Below, piece by piece: positions 26,401 to 39,072 of a stretch of DNA of 64,000 nt. Position 1 is the first letter of the stretch. Every line of letters starts with the position of its first letter. The translations under genes and the position numbers were made by a program. The stretch is from Vicugna vicugna (taxonomy: Eukaryota), in the NCBI GenBank assembly GCA_013265495.1, contig MU058883.1:676596-740595 (forward strand), written 5' to 3'. The notes beneath the pieces are model-generated. The model was not told the origin of the DNA. It saw only the letters and a list, made by a program, of their open reading frames with translations, and did not search any database.

Positions 26401-27314
26401 AACAAAAAGGCTAAAAAAACATCAAAGAGAACTACTCACCAAGGTCTGCAGGACACTCCCAAAGCTGCACTTTGAGGATTAATCAAACTTGCGAAGTTAA
26501 TTATAAAGAGGAATGAGGATAAATGAGCTAAGCATTCAAGTCAAGATGGAAAGAAAAAAAAATCAAAGAAAATAGTGTGAATATATAAACAAAAGAAGAA
26601 CTGGTGAACAAGAAAACAGAAGAAACAAAGGCAGCTTAGCTTGGTCAGTCAAAGCCAGAACTGGCTTCTCTGAAGAAGCGATCCAAAAGCAATGAACTCT
26701 CTAGTCTGGCAAAGCCACGGAAAGACCACGAAGAACACATGCTCACACTGATACAGCACTATCCCTGCCTGGTATTGAGTAAGAACAGTGCTACAAACGG
26801 CAGTGATTACATCTCCGGTAGCTCCCAAGGAAGTAAGAGCTTCTTTGCCCCATGGGGACCCCATAAATTATTTTTGTAGCTCACTGGTATTAATTGGGTT
26901 CTAAGCCCATTAGGGGACCAATAACTATAGTCAAGGGGCCAAGGGGATGGGATATGTCTATAAGCCACAGCCAATCAGGGTCTACTCACGCAGCTGGGCC
27001 ATTTCATCCAAGACACATGGCTTGTACATGGTGGAAAGGGTGGCTCCCTAGAGGAAAATCAGGGCACAGTTTTGCCTCCTCAAAACAATGAGTGGATGCT
27101 GCAGAGAAAAGAGACTGTCAACTACAAATCAGTTTACAAACACATAACATTTTAAAAAAACACCAACCTAATAAATCCACTCTAAATCTAGAGAGTAATG
27201 CACTACGTTCTAGGGATGCAGCAAGGAGTCAGTACTAGGCAATGTATGCACCTCACACTTGTGTCAACAAGTAAACACAGATACATGACTGATAGATTAT
27301 TTAAAAAATGCCCA

Positions 27315-27435
27315 GGGGGAGGGTACAGCTCAGTGGTAGAGCGCATGCCTAGCATGCACGAGGTCCTGGGGTCAATTCCCAGGACCTCCATTAAAAATAA
27401 ATAAACTTAATTACCTCCACCTCAAAAAAAGACTG
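27315..27435 (+). mobile_element. tRNA-Ala(AGC)-derived SINE (camelid Vic-1-like) with target-site duplication
   Basis: The head (27319-27390) mirrors tRNA-Ala-AGC, with an A box, AGC loop and altered B box, followed by an AT-rich tail. Flanked by aaaaa(t/c)gccca at 27304-27314 and 27436-27446. Confidence 0.88.
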
Positions 27436-27879
27436 AAAAACGCCCAAGAGACTGATGAATTCAGCATCTATTTCTTACTTCCCAAGGAGGTTAACACCAG
27501 GGGTAGAAGGGAATGGCTATCTGAAGACTATTTCCCTGAAGTAAAATACATCATATTTAGTGAAAAGCTAAGATTATCTTATTAAAATAAGTAACAAATC
27601 AGCAAAGATGTCTCCTGTGGTCAAACATGCAGCCTAAGGAGAAATAAGTACTCAGAGACACAAACGCCTCTATTTGCAGATAACCGTCTGTCTAGGAAAC
27701 CCCTCTGTGACAGTGAAAAGCTAGGAGAACTGAAGAAAAGTTCAATGTCAGCAAAATACACACACACACCAGATGCCCAAGCCATGAATACGATGCCAAG
27801 TCTCATCCTGGGGACCTGTCACAGGATGTCTGCTTTCTCCAAGTTCACCTCCACCCTCAAGGAAATGCCACGTCACATC

Positions 27880-28290
27880 TGTGGCGGGCTGAGTAACAGC
27901 CACCTTAAACATTCAGTCCTGACATCTGGAATGTAAACGTTAACATTATTTGGAAGAAAAGTCTTTCCAGATGCAATTAAAGATTACCCTGGATTGTGTG
28001 GGTGGGTCCTAAGTGCCTTCAAAACGGAAGGCAAAGAGATGTAACAAGGAGAAAGCTAGCGGGGAAACGGAGGCAGAGCCTGGAACACCGTACCCCAAGG
28101 TGGGCGCGGGCTGTGGGAGCAGCCCCAGAAGCTGCGGGAGGCAAGGAACAGTTCCTCCGCTGGAACCCAGAGCGGGTGTGGCCGGCCAGATTTCAGATTT
28201 CTGGCCTCCAGAGCTGTGAGAGAATAAATTTCTGTTGCTCTAAACTACTAAATTTGTGGTAATTTACCATGGCCCTAGGAAACTAACACA
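27880..28290 (+). mobile_element. MLT1 (ERVL-MaLR) solo LTR
   Basis: TG...CA termini and MLT1 hallmarks gattaccctggatt and ttctggcctccagagctgtgagagaataaatttctgttg ... ggaaactaacaca. Confidence 0.85.
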
Positions 28291-28329
28291 ATGTGTCAGC
28301 AGGGGTTTTTTGTTTCTGTTTTTTTTTTT

Positions 28330-29360
28330 AAAGACAGTAAAAAAGATTTCCCAATTCACCGAAAAATAAAACTGGTCTATGTAATTTGCTGAAGAAGAAA
28401 ATTAAAGAAACAAGGGCGGGGGGCGGGATTCACCTCAAACAAGCAAAGCACACCACAAAGCAGTGGTAATTAGTACTTGGTGGCTGTGGCTCAGGAAGAC
28501 GAAAAGGCTAAGTGAAGCCGACTCAAGTGTGTCACAGGGTTACCAGTGGGGACAAGTCCATTTCACGTCAGCTGGAAGGATGCGCTAGCAGCAAAGAGAA
28601 CTGGGCCCATTCCTAATCCACTTTGAAACAAATACAAAGGTTGATCCCTACCTTATGCCATGTACACCAAGATAAATTTCAGCTGGACTAGGGATCGGAC
28701 ACTAAATAACCCAGCCCTGAGGAACCGTAAGACTGAGGAGAAAACCCTGTGCCTGGAGGGTGCAAAAGCCACCGAATATACAGGCTGCAGACGCTATCAA
28801 GGAAGATACGGATTCCTCTGAGCCCAGTGGAGCTTTAGAACTGTAAATGGTGAAGGCTACCTACCTAACACAGAAGTTAGGGTGCAAACAGAGTTCCCCT
28901 GTTTGGAAAACATCTGAACAGGCCAGGATGTATCAACACAGTTCACAGAGGATTAACTAACACTGCCTCTTCATCTCACTCAGTCCTTGCTCCACGCCAT
29001 CAGCAAAGACGAACAACAGGGTTGCAGTTTGTGAACTGGTGAGGAAACAGGCGACTTGACCGCCGAGGGCGTGCAAAATTAGAACGCAGTTTTCCCACAC
29101 AGTCCAGTTCAGTGATGACACTCCACAGAAGCTACTCTTCTAGAAGTAGCCGCACAGGGGCGCAGAAGGCACAGGTGCAACAGGGGCAGGAGGGCTGCAG
29201 CCGTACCGTGACTTGCAAAGAACTGGAAAGACAGTGTGCACCCATGGGAAAGTGGTGACCAGCCACACAGGACATGACGCAGTCGCCAGCACGGGAGTGA
29301 TGCTTGGGCAACAGCCCGGAGAGGCAAAAAGATAGTGTGTAGAGCTTCACTTTTAAAAAC
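28330..29360 (+). mobile_element. Ancient L1 ORF2/3' remnant (L1ME-like)
   Basis: ttgatccctaccttatgccatgtacaccaagataaatttcagctggact and related L1 3' ORF2 phrases. Confidence 0.5.
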
Positions 29361-29899
29361 TAGATCATGAGTTCCATGTAAGAGGGTGTCCCCACAGCAA
29401 GGGTATCAGAGGCTGAGTGAGGTGAAGCGGGCAGAAGGCATCTGTGAAGGAGAGGGGCAGCAACAGGAGACCGTGACTAACCACACAGGTCAATGTGCTA
29501 GGGACACTGGCAGCAGGACTGCACTGCTGGAAAAGGGAGCTACCAATGAGGAAAGGGAGAGACTGGAACGAACCCCGGTATTAGACAGAAATTGGAGGTT
29601 CTGGAATGAACTCATGTCTTTTCACAGAGATAAAAATAGACAAGAGTGTGTTGTAAATACATGGGCATTTGTATGTCTGTGTGCGTGTGCATGTATGTTC
29701 ACACACACTCTGCATCTCTGACCATGAAGAAGGTCTGGGTGTAGCAACATCCCAACAATGCACCTGGTGCCAGACTGCTTCTTTCAGCACCAACCATCAA
29801 AAAATGGAATGGCCTCCTTGAAGAAAAGGCTGGTTTCGGGTCTGCGGCGGGAGAGCAGGAAGTACTGCGAATAGTGGGGACTCGCCAGAAGGACACAGG

Positions 29900-30600
29900 A
29901 GCTGGCTGTGAGGGGCGCCCACTGGCCAAATACGGGCAAATGAGCATCAAAACTAACTATGATAACAAAAGACGATGACCTACTGAGTGAAATGGGAAGC
30001 CATGCTGATACAGACGAGGAAGCTGGAAGTTTCCCAGGAACAGATGTAAGTCTTGCCAATTACAAAGACTTCCCCGTGGAGAGGCCTGGCAGACACCAGC
30101 CCACTAACCAAGTGATCAGGGGACTGTCACTGGTAAGGGACACCCTGAGTTGGTGCCAGCTGACACGATGTGAGGTGGAGAACCCGGCATCCCTTCTGTT
30201 CCCGCCGAAGATGCAAAACCTCAATATAATCGAAAGAAAACAACAGGCAGGCTCACTGTGAGGGACACTGCAAAAAGTAACTGCCTGTAATCATTAAGGC
30301 AGGGGAAGCCAAGGTGAGATGGAGTGGACGTTCCAGCTTGAAAGAGATCTGACAACGAAATGTTAACACAGGACTGTGAACTGGATCCTTCTGGTGAAAT
30401 GCAAACTGATCTCAAGTTAGCAAAGCATTAACGTCAACGTCCTCACTCTGACGGCTGAATGTGGAGGAGGGAGTCTTGTTTGTGGGAAACACACCGAAAT
30501 ATCCAAGGGTGATGAGGTTCCCGTCCCCAAGTCACTTGCGGGGGTTCCGAAGGTGCAGTGCACAGACCTGCACCTGCTCTGTGAGCACAGCGATCATAGC
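29900..30600 (+). mobile_element. L1MC/L1MD-type 3' end fragment
   Basis: cctggcagacaccagcccactaaccaagtgatca ... gtcttgtttgtgggaaacacaccgaaatatccaaggg resembles L1MC 3' UTR. Confidence 0.5.
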
Positions 30601-33600
30601 AGCACATCAGAGGGGGCAGCACTACTTCGGTAATTAAAAAATAAATGTCCTAACTTGGAAATAAACACACTGACACAGGAGAGGGGTTGCAAATGACATT
30701 GACCATTCAACTCAGCCAAAACTCAATTTTAATTATATTTAACGTGAATTCAACTACTTTGATCAACGCACTCTTCACCCACATTTTATGCAGCGTAACA
30801 AAGTTTCACCTCAATTTTACAATGATTTTGTGATGCTAAAGTCCGTTACATACCATTTTTTCAAAGTTCATGAAACCAGATTTTTAAACCATCATAGAGT
30901 GTCAAGGAAGCTGGTGATGGCACAGCCTTGACATGCTGACACAGTCCGGGTCCCCACGGGTGGGGGAAGCAGGAGGCCTGCGGGAGCCCCCGCCCCCCAC
31001 CCCCAGTGCTCCGAGAGCTCCTCAGACGCCACGTCCACAGGAAGAGCTCAGGACGCTCCATCCGAGCTGCCACCAGACTATCCTCGAGCAAGAAACAAAG
31101 TTGGAAACGCCAGCAGAGGAAGCCAGCCAGGCAGGTCAGGGGAGCGCTGCCCACAGGGAGGGAGTGGTCCTTAGACCAGCGAGGAGACTGACCAACCAGC
31201 AATGGCTTAAAAGAAAGGAGAACACTCACAGCACCCCCCCACCCCAGGACTCGGGAGAGGAGGTAAGAAGACAAGACAAGTACATTCTGGAGTTAAAATA
31301 TTCCTGTAAGAAGCCTCCCGACACACACAGGTTCTAAACCAGCTAAAACGAAAACAGCCTTCAATAAAGCCATACGTCCACTGATACCAAAAACCTACTC
31401 ACTATACATGTCAACTGCAGTGAGACCTGCTGGCGAGGGAAGACCCACAATCACCCCGAACCTCCCCCGCCGCCTCCTGCTCGAGGGTTAGCCTGACACT
31501 CCCCGCGCCAGGGGAACCACTGGGGAACCACTGGACGACATCGAGCCTGGAGTTTTGCACTCTCTCCAGGTCAGCGCGTCCCTGGCAGCCAGGCACACCT
31601 AAAGCCCCATCCCACCTCGGACAGGAATGTGAGACACACCACACTGCTCCAGAAGCAAAGCAGCTTTCAAAGGTCAGAGGGGAGCCAGCTCGTGCTTTTA
31701 AAGATCGGCCCTTGACACTCCCCCGCAACACCATCTTCCCCTCTGCTACCCAGTCTTTCAGGGAACTGCACTCACCCATCTCAAGGGAACCGGCAATCAC
31801 CTCCCACACCTGCGGAAACTAAGGGCGGCCCCCAAGGAGCACTGAGCCTGCCGGGTCACCCTGGCTGCAGCTGGCTCTTGTCGGGACATCCCAGAGACCG
31901 CCAGGCTGAGCTCAGGAGCCAAGGGCCCCGGGCACGGGCAGCCCTGCAGCCCTGCTGAGCTCACTGCTCGGGCAACAAAGGGGACACAGAACTTTGGTTC
32001 CGGGGCGGGAGAGTCAGCTCTAAGTATAAGCAAATACGTCAAAATAGAAGCCTTGTTTCTAAAGAAAAAAACTATTCTTCAAATTATCTCACACAGACTG
32101 ATTTAAGCCAGTGCCTTAGGACCACTTAACTAATCTTCTGTTTATCAGAAAAAGTCAAAACGGTTAAATTCAGTAATTCCATTTGAAAGGTATCTATGAA
32201 TGGGTTAAGTATTAATAAAATTAGAAAGCTTATCAGTGAAATGAAGAGTAACAGATACACTGGCTACAAAGTAAAATCGATCAGGATCCTGCCGCACGTT
32301 AGATTTTCTTCTCCCCCGCCAGCAAGAGCTGGGTGTCCACACCTGCCGTCCCCTAACATCTGCGTCCAGGGGTCAGGGCACCCTCTCCAACGTGAAGAGC
32401 ACAGAGTGAAGGAGAAACAAATCCGAAGCTCCACTCGACGCACTCAGGGCCCTCTATCTACAGGTTACAGGACACCATCAGCCGAACATGGTTCGTTAAC
32501 TGTCGGAACGGTACATCAGAAAGGCAGAAGAGAACACGGAAGTCCTTTCCTCTTTCACTTTTTTTTTAATTTCTAAAGAAAAAGAGTTACAGTGAGGGCA
32601 AAAAGCCTTCAAGTCTTTGTAACAAGGACCCAGAAATCACACACTGCACCACGAAGGGAGCCCGCGGGGCAGAACCACTGGAACTACTTCTCAGCAAGTC
32701 ACTCACCTCAACCCCAATTTCAAAACCAGCAGCAACGCCAACACACGCTCTGCTTCAAGGAGGGCTTCTTCCAGCTCTCCACCTGAACGGCCTCCTCGGA
32801 GATGAGGGCGGCTCTCCAGCCCCGCCGTCTCCCGCGGGCAGGGCCGTCTACCGTGGCAACCTCTTCAGAGCACAGCTCCCTCCGGGGCCCCCTAGGTACG
32901 CCTCCCACAGGCACAGCGGTTGCCACACAGGCAGTCGCTCCCACGGCGCCTTCCCTCCCCCAGAACCATGCACCCAGAGCTCTCGGGGCGCTGCAGCCTC
33001 GGCCTGGGGGGAGGTTCTCGGCTCCCAGTTCCCATCCACGGAAGTCCAGCCACCCGGGCCCAGTGACGCGCAGGCCCGACATGCTGCACTGCCACCCGCG
33101 CACCGCAGAGCTTGCCTGGAAGGGCACAATGGTTTACGCTGCAGAGAGAATGATTCACACCGAATGCCTCTGGCTCAAGTGGTGTCCTCCCTCAAGAAGG
33201 AAACCTCAAGTGGCCCTGGTCCAGCTGCACCGTGTCTACAAGCTTTAAGCGCCACATTGGCCTCATGGCTGGGAAGACAGCATCTCCTGCTCGCAGAGCG
33301 CTCTGCGGGGCGCCCCCACGCCTCGCAGAGCAAGGCCGAGCTACTGCTCCACCTCAGAAATCTGGTCCCCAGCTCAACCCACACCTCAGAATGAGATGCT
33401 AGAAGGCCAGACAAAGGAACAATGCTGACACGGGTGACCCAGCACAGGGAGAGGCAGGAGGATACGATGTTCCGAGCGTCAGCCAGCCCCTGGACACCAT
33501 CTGTGAAGGCCACAAAGTCTATGGTGGCTGAAGAGCAGCAAGTCGAGCTGAGGCCACTTACTTCTTCAGCCAACAAGCCCCTCAGAGCCTCGGCTGCTCA

Positions 33601-34631
33601 GCACAGAGCTCACCAGAGCCAGTAAAGGACAAGCGTTCAGAATATTCCCCTTTCACAATCAGCACGGTCCTGTCTGTTCAGCCCTCCACACACACAGGGC
33701 GCTGGCCACAACCAGGACACATGCTGCACTGTGGGGGCTCCAGACAAGTACACGTCCACCAAGGGCTTATCCTGTCCTCCAGACAAAGGCTGAGGGCAGG
33801 TAAACCAAGGGGGAACTCACTCCACGAGACCTGAGTGTTAGTAAGATTACGCCACAGAGGCAGCCAGAGGCGGGAGAGCTGGGTTGCTGCAACAGGAAAA
33901 CGGAAACACTAGTCCAGCAGAAATGAACTGATCCCCTGAAGGTGGCTGCAGTGGCTTCAGGACCCGGACTTTGATTCATTCACTTCCTTACAGGAAACCT
34001 ACTGACAGACATGTACTCATGTTCAGTGATGTACTCATGTTCAATGAGAGAGTGTCAAAATTCTAAGAGACCCAGGACAACTTTACTGTGCTTATTTTGG
34101 GGTAGAATATCTATCTTGCTGCAAAGGTCTGGCCAGCCCCACTACTGGACCAGAAGGATTGTGTGGGTATAATATTGCCTTCTTGACCCCAAGCTTTAGA
34201 GAAGACCTGGAGATGCTGTAAGAGGAAACATCAGGTAAACTTGTCAAGGCCGAATGTTTAAATGTGTCAACTTCTGAAGATGAGGACCAAGAGAAGGAAG
34301 AAATAATTAGATCCTCACTTCTCTGGGCTCTGCCTCCCGCCCCGTAAAAAGGAGCTGATGTTAATGTCTACCTTTTGGTGTCACTGTGAGGATTATGTGA
34401 GCTTATGTGCAGAGTATTAACCCAGGCCTGGGAGAGTAAGCTCGGGAGGATTTTCTGTTACCACCTTCCTCCTCAGTAGCTGTGACATGAGGGCTCCAGC
34501 AGTGCAGGCAACACAGCCTTAACTCAGCCACACCTGCAAGTGGCCTCACCCGCCAGGCTCCACTCTCAACTGAGAAATGGGGCCCATGACCGCTACACCC
34601 TAGAGCCCTTTCAAGGAGGGACCCTGTAAAG

Positions 34632-34810
34632 CAGGGCTTCTCCAACGCAGTGCTGCTGACTTTGGGGATCGTGGGGTCACTGCAGGATGCTGAGAACCTC
34701 TGGCCTCTACTCACTACATGCCAGGAGCACCCCCGAGTCACGGCAACCAAAATCGTCTCTAGGCATCACCAGATGTTCTCAGGAGGATGGATGGCCTGGC
34801 GGAACCACTG
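34632..34810 (-). mobile_element. MER20 (hAT-Charlie DNA transposon)
   Basis: cagggcttctc ... ctggcctctactcactacatgccaggagcaccccc ... caaccaaaatcgtctctaggcat ... gaaccactg matches the reverse complement of the MER20 consensus as recalled. Confidence 0.85.
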
Positions 34811-34961
34811 CTGGAAATAAAGGTCATGATGCCTGGCGTGTAGGAAACAACGAGAAAAAGCTTTAGTAGCAAAGCTTTTCATATCACTCGTGCGGGCTTA
34901 AAACATGTCACATCCTTCCAAACTGGAAAACTAAGTTTCTGATAAACTGAGTTGACCAAGG

Positions 34962-35046
34962 GGAAAGAAAGAAAGGAAGGAAGGAAGGAGGGGAGGAGGG
35001 AGGAAGGAAAGAGAAAGAGAGAAAGAAGAAAAGAAGAAAAGAAAGC
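34962..35046 (+). repeat. Polypurine (GGAA/GAAA) simple repeat
   Basis: About 85 nt of A and G only; a possible H-DNA tract. Confidence 0.85.
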
Positions 35047-36249
35047 AAACCATCTCAGATTCCTTTTTTATCTTTCAAAGAAGGAGCTAAAGTCCTACAG
35101 GTCAAGAAATGCCCAAAATCACAAGGCCGATTAAGAACGGGTCTCCTGACTCCCAGTCCACTGGAGGACTACCTTTCCCACCTGCACGAACATCTCAACC
35201 CTTCGCCCCCTCTGCTAGAAAGGGCCAGTGCCCAGCAGTCTGTATCTAAGACAAAGCACTGCTGCATGTCCAACAAGGTCCACGTCCAGGAACATTCAGA
35301 GCACCAATTCACACAAACAAAAGCGAACCCAAGGGCACTTTCAGAAAACTCTTATTTGAAAACAACCCACCCCTGTTGCTCAGCGGCACTTGCTGAGTAA
35401 CCACTGGCTTCCACATCAGCCACTGCCTGCCTCTCCCTGCTCCAGATGAGGCCTGCTGTCCCCGTCCTGGGGCCTGGGGCACCACCAAGCCTCCCGGGGG
35501 TCCTGCGCCCAAGGCAGCGCCTGGATGGGACGGCAGGGGCTGAGGCTACATCAATGCCGGTTTTATCGGTGGATAGTATGACTGTTAGCACGAACCCAAG
35601 CTTGCTGCAGTGATGATCTACCAAGGAATGTGGTTTCTAGCATAAAATATTATGAAGTACAGCCACCACAACAAAAAAGTAAAAACTGGCAATCCCTCCT
35701 AACTCTTCCTCAAGAAATATCCCCCAAACCACTGCTTATCTAATTTTTCTTCTTGTTTGTATCAACACATGGTTTAAACAAGATAGGATCCCATCACATG
35801 CACTGGTTCACACCTGTCACACTTACTTCCGTTCAAAAACGCATCATGGCTGTCCTTCTGCCAAGGCACAGATTACCCCCAAAGGAGCTAAACTATGTAC
35901 ACTCCCCAACATCCGAGTATGCCTGCCCCTCTCACCCTCGATAACCGGAACGGTCACGTTTATTTTTCCCAATCTGCAGGGCAGGCAGCTCTTTGATCAT
36001 CAGTGAAACAAACCCCGCCTTGCTCTCTGGCCACTTGAGTTTCTTAAGTGAGGACTGGCCTGCTCACAGTCTCTGCCCACTGCTCCACCAGGGCGCTTCA
36101 GCACACATTTAAGACAAAGCAAGATCCACAGCTGGGCTACAAAAAGTGCAACAAACAGAAGGAAGTACGACTCTAAGTGAAGGTCCAATAGCTGAATTCT
36201 AGAAAGAGAAGGAAAGTGAATGGGAAGAAGCCAAGCCATAAATCAAGGA

Positions 36250-37290
36250 AAATGCCCAGCTTTGAAGAATAGAAGCTCCTAAATCAAAGAGCCCAAAGGA
36301 CAGGCAAGGCATTAGATGAAACCAGACTCCAGGGGACGTCACTGTGCTGGGTATTTTGAATTTCAGAGAAAACCCTTTAAGCGTCAAAGAAGAAACAGTC
36401 ACATACAAAGGCTCAGGAACCAAAACAGCTTAATGCTTCCAGGGCAACAGCACAAGACAGAAAACAGAAGCAAAAATGGTGTCCGAACTCCCACTCAGGG
36501 CCAAAGGAAGCTCTTCAGACATCCAGGTCCTCAAAATTTTACCTCCCATGAATCTTTCCCCAGGCAACTCCGTGAGGAAGTGCGCCATCAGAATGAGAGG
36601 GCAAAAAAATCAAGAAAAAGAGAAGGGTTCCAGGAAACAGAGGGCAGTGAGATTCGCAGCGAGATTCCAGCAGAACGGAGACCTGGGAGAGGTGTGGTCA
36701 GGATGAAATTAGTAAAATACTGAACTTGATCAGATCAAATAGTTTAATTTCCTGAAAGCAATTTTAGACAACTGGTGAATTGGGGGTTGAATTTAGTGAC
36801 AAACACACAGAAAACAACAGAAAAACAAAGACTCATGAGAACTTGAGGGAAAACAGACTTACCCAGGAAAGGAAAAGTAACCCCATCACACCACTCGGCC
36901 TAGCTGGGAATGGCACCACACAGTCATAAGAGACACTACAGACTGAACGAGCAAATCAAACGTGCACCTGCTTTGGGCAGCCATGGATCTGTCTGCACAG
37001 AGAAGGCAGAGGGGCGAAAGAAAGCGAGAAACTTCACATCTCCACTCGGAGTCAAGAGACAATGTGTGAAAAGGGAAGGAAGAGCAATAAGTGAGCAAGT
37101 CAGGCTCAGACGCCAGAACTGGGAGCAAAGACCAAAGGCATCAGCCAGGAGGCAAGTGTGGGTGTTCTGCAGGAGAGGAAACGTGACTGTAGGAAGGAAA
37201 CTAGTTTTTCTTCCTTACAAGCATTTCCAGATTTGTTTGACCTTTTAAAAACTATACGAAAATATAAACTTGATTTGAAGTAAAATTAAT
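36250..37290 (+). mobile_element. Ancient L1 ORF1/3' remnant
   Basis: A-rich; aagaagaaacagtcacatacaaaggctcaggaaccaaaacagct resembles L1 ORF1 remnants. Confidence 0.45.
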
Positions 37291-37864
37291 TTTTAATTTA
37301 AAAATTCACATGAATGCCAATAAAAAATATCACGGGAGAGCACAGCCAGTGCATTGTTAACAAATTAAGAGCAGCGTCAAGATGACGAATGCAACACGAT
37401 GCCCAGACAAGTCTGGCGTGTCCTAGCTGTCCTCGAGGAACTTTACTACGCCTGGCCCAACAACAGCTGACCAGGGGCATCACTTCTGAAATCTGATTCT
37501 GGAAATACAAAAAGGAGAAAAAGAGAAGGTAGAAAATCTTACTCTAGCCCAAAATAGTTTGTGTAATCAATTTAAAAATACACATTAAAAAAAAGTTTTG
37601 TTCTTTTCTTTCCCGACACATTGAGGTTCTCTGGCTGTCTTTCTATACTTGGTCAAAAGTTTTACAACATTCATCTTGGACTTTTTGCCACCATAACTCA
37701 GCAACTGAATGTCCAGCTGTGCGCTATGTTTCTTCCAGGAGCTTGGTTGTTTCTTAATAGAAGAGGGAAATAACTTTCTATGACCACTAGCCTGTGAGAT
37801 GGATGTATGCTGAATGGGCCACACCAAACATAAGCTCCACTCAGTACCTTAAAAGGTGTTCTCT

Positions 37865-38451
37865 ATGACCCAGGAATCCCACTCCTGGGCTTGTACCCAG
37901 AAGGAAATCTACTTCAGGATGACNNNNNNNNNNNNNNNNNNNNNNNNNNNNNNNNNNNNNNNNNNNNNNNNNNNNNNNNNNNNNNNNNNNNNNNNNNNNN
38001 NNNNNNNNNNNNNNNNNNNNNNNNNNNNNNNNNNNNNNNNNNNNNNNNNNNNNNNNNNNNNNNNNNNNNNNNNNNNNNNNNNNNNNNNNNNNNNNNNNNN
38101 NNNNNNNNCATTCTAAGTGAAGTAAGCCAGAAAGAGAAAGAAAAATACCATATGAGATCGCTCATATGTGGAACCTAAAGACTCATTGACAGAGAATACA
38201 GACTTGTGGTTACCAGGGGGGTAGAGGGTGGGAAGGGATAGACTGGGATTTCAAAATTGTAGAATAGATAAACAAGATTACACTGTATAGCACAGGGAAA
38301 TATACACAAAATGTTATGATAAATCACAGAGAAAAAAATGTGACAATGAGTGTGTATATGTCCATGAATGACTGAAAAATTGTGCTGAACACTGGAATTT
38401 GACACAACATTGTAAAATGATTATAAATCAATAAAAAATGTTAAAAAAAAA
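37865..38451 (+). mobile_element. Young 5'-truncated L1 with perfect 14-bp target-site duplication and poly(A) tail (internal N gap)
   Basis: ORF2 C-terminal peptides YDPGIPLLGLYP and ILSEVSQKEKEKYHMRSLICGT*, 3' UTR, AATAAA and poly(A). AAAAGGTGTTCTCT occurs at 37851-37864 and 38452-38465; the site reads TT/AAAA. Confidence 0.93.
37924..38108. other. Assembly gap (185 N)
   Basis: Run of N inside the young L1. Confidence 0.99.
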
Positions 38452-38659
38452 AAAAGGTGTTCTCTGTTCAAACCCTCTAGGTAAACAAGTTTCAGCTGGG
38501 AAGCACTAATGGCGAACCTACCTGACCCACTTGTGACTAAAGATCTCAGTTATCTTGGTGGACAGTGTAATCATTTGAAATCCGGTCCAAGTCAGAGTGT
38601 CTTAGACAGGACTGATTGAGGGGATGCAGTCCTTCACAACAGGATCTTAGCCAAGCCCT

Positions 38660-39072
38660 CCACTGTTTGAGACGGTCAGCAGTGAACCACATTCTCCACC
38701 ACTCACCCATATAGTCCACCAGCTCTAGTTGTCCTGTGTATCCCCCGCCCCCCGTGCATAAGCTGGTCTTCCTGTCTAGAACACCCCATCCTACCTACTC
38801 CACCTGGAAAAACTCTTACTCATTTTCTAAACCCCAGTCCAAGAGCCACATTCTCTGAAGACTTTCCACCAGGTAATCACTTCCCCTTTTCCTATCTTCA
38901 CACCTTGTACATCTTTCCATTAGTGCACTTAGAACACTGTAATCTCTTCCTGTACAAGTGAATCTCCCACACTAGGCCATAAACTGTTGGAGGAAAAAAA
39001 GTCTACGTTCTCTTCACCTTTGCAACCCCAGACCCCTTAACAGTGTTTGCCATATAGCAATTTCCAATAAAT
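38660..39072 (+). mobile_element. L2 3' end fragment
   Basis: ttcctgtctagaacacccc ... ttctcttcacctttgcaaccccag ... cagtgtttgccatatagcaatttccaataaat. Confidence 0.55.

Noticed and set aside
27319-27390. Apparent tRNA-Ala(AGC) gene
   Set aside because: Two acceptor-stem mismatches, U8 changed to C, an anticodon-stem mismatch and an altered T-loop. The SINE tail and target-site duplication show it is a retroposed SINE.
32720-33625. GC-rich intronic block with several 70-150 aa ORFs
   Set aside because: No recognisable protein or repeat family and no consistent splice signals.
34011-34043. 18-bp-period duplication of atgtactcatgttca
   Set aside because: An ordinary two-copy slippage duplication with no sign of function.
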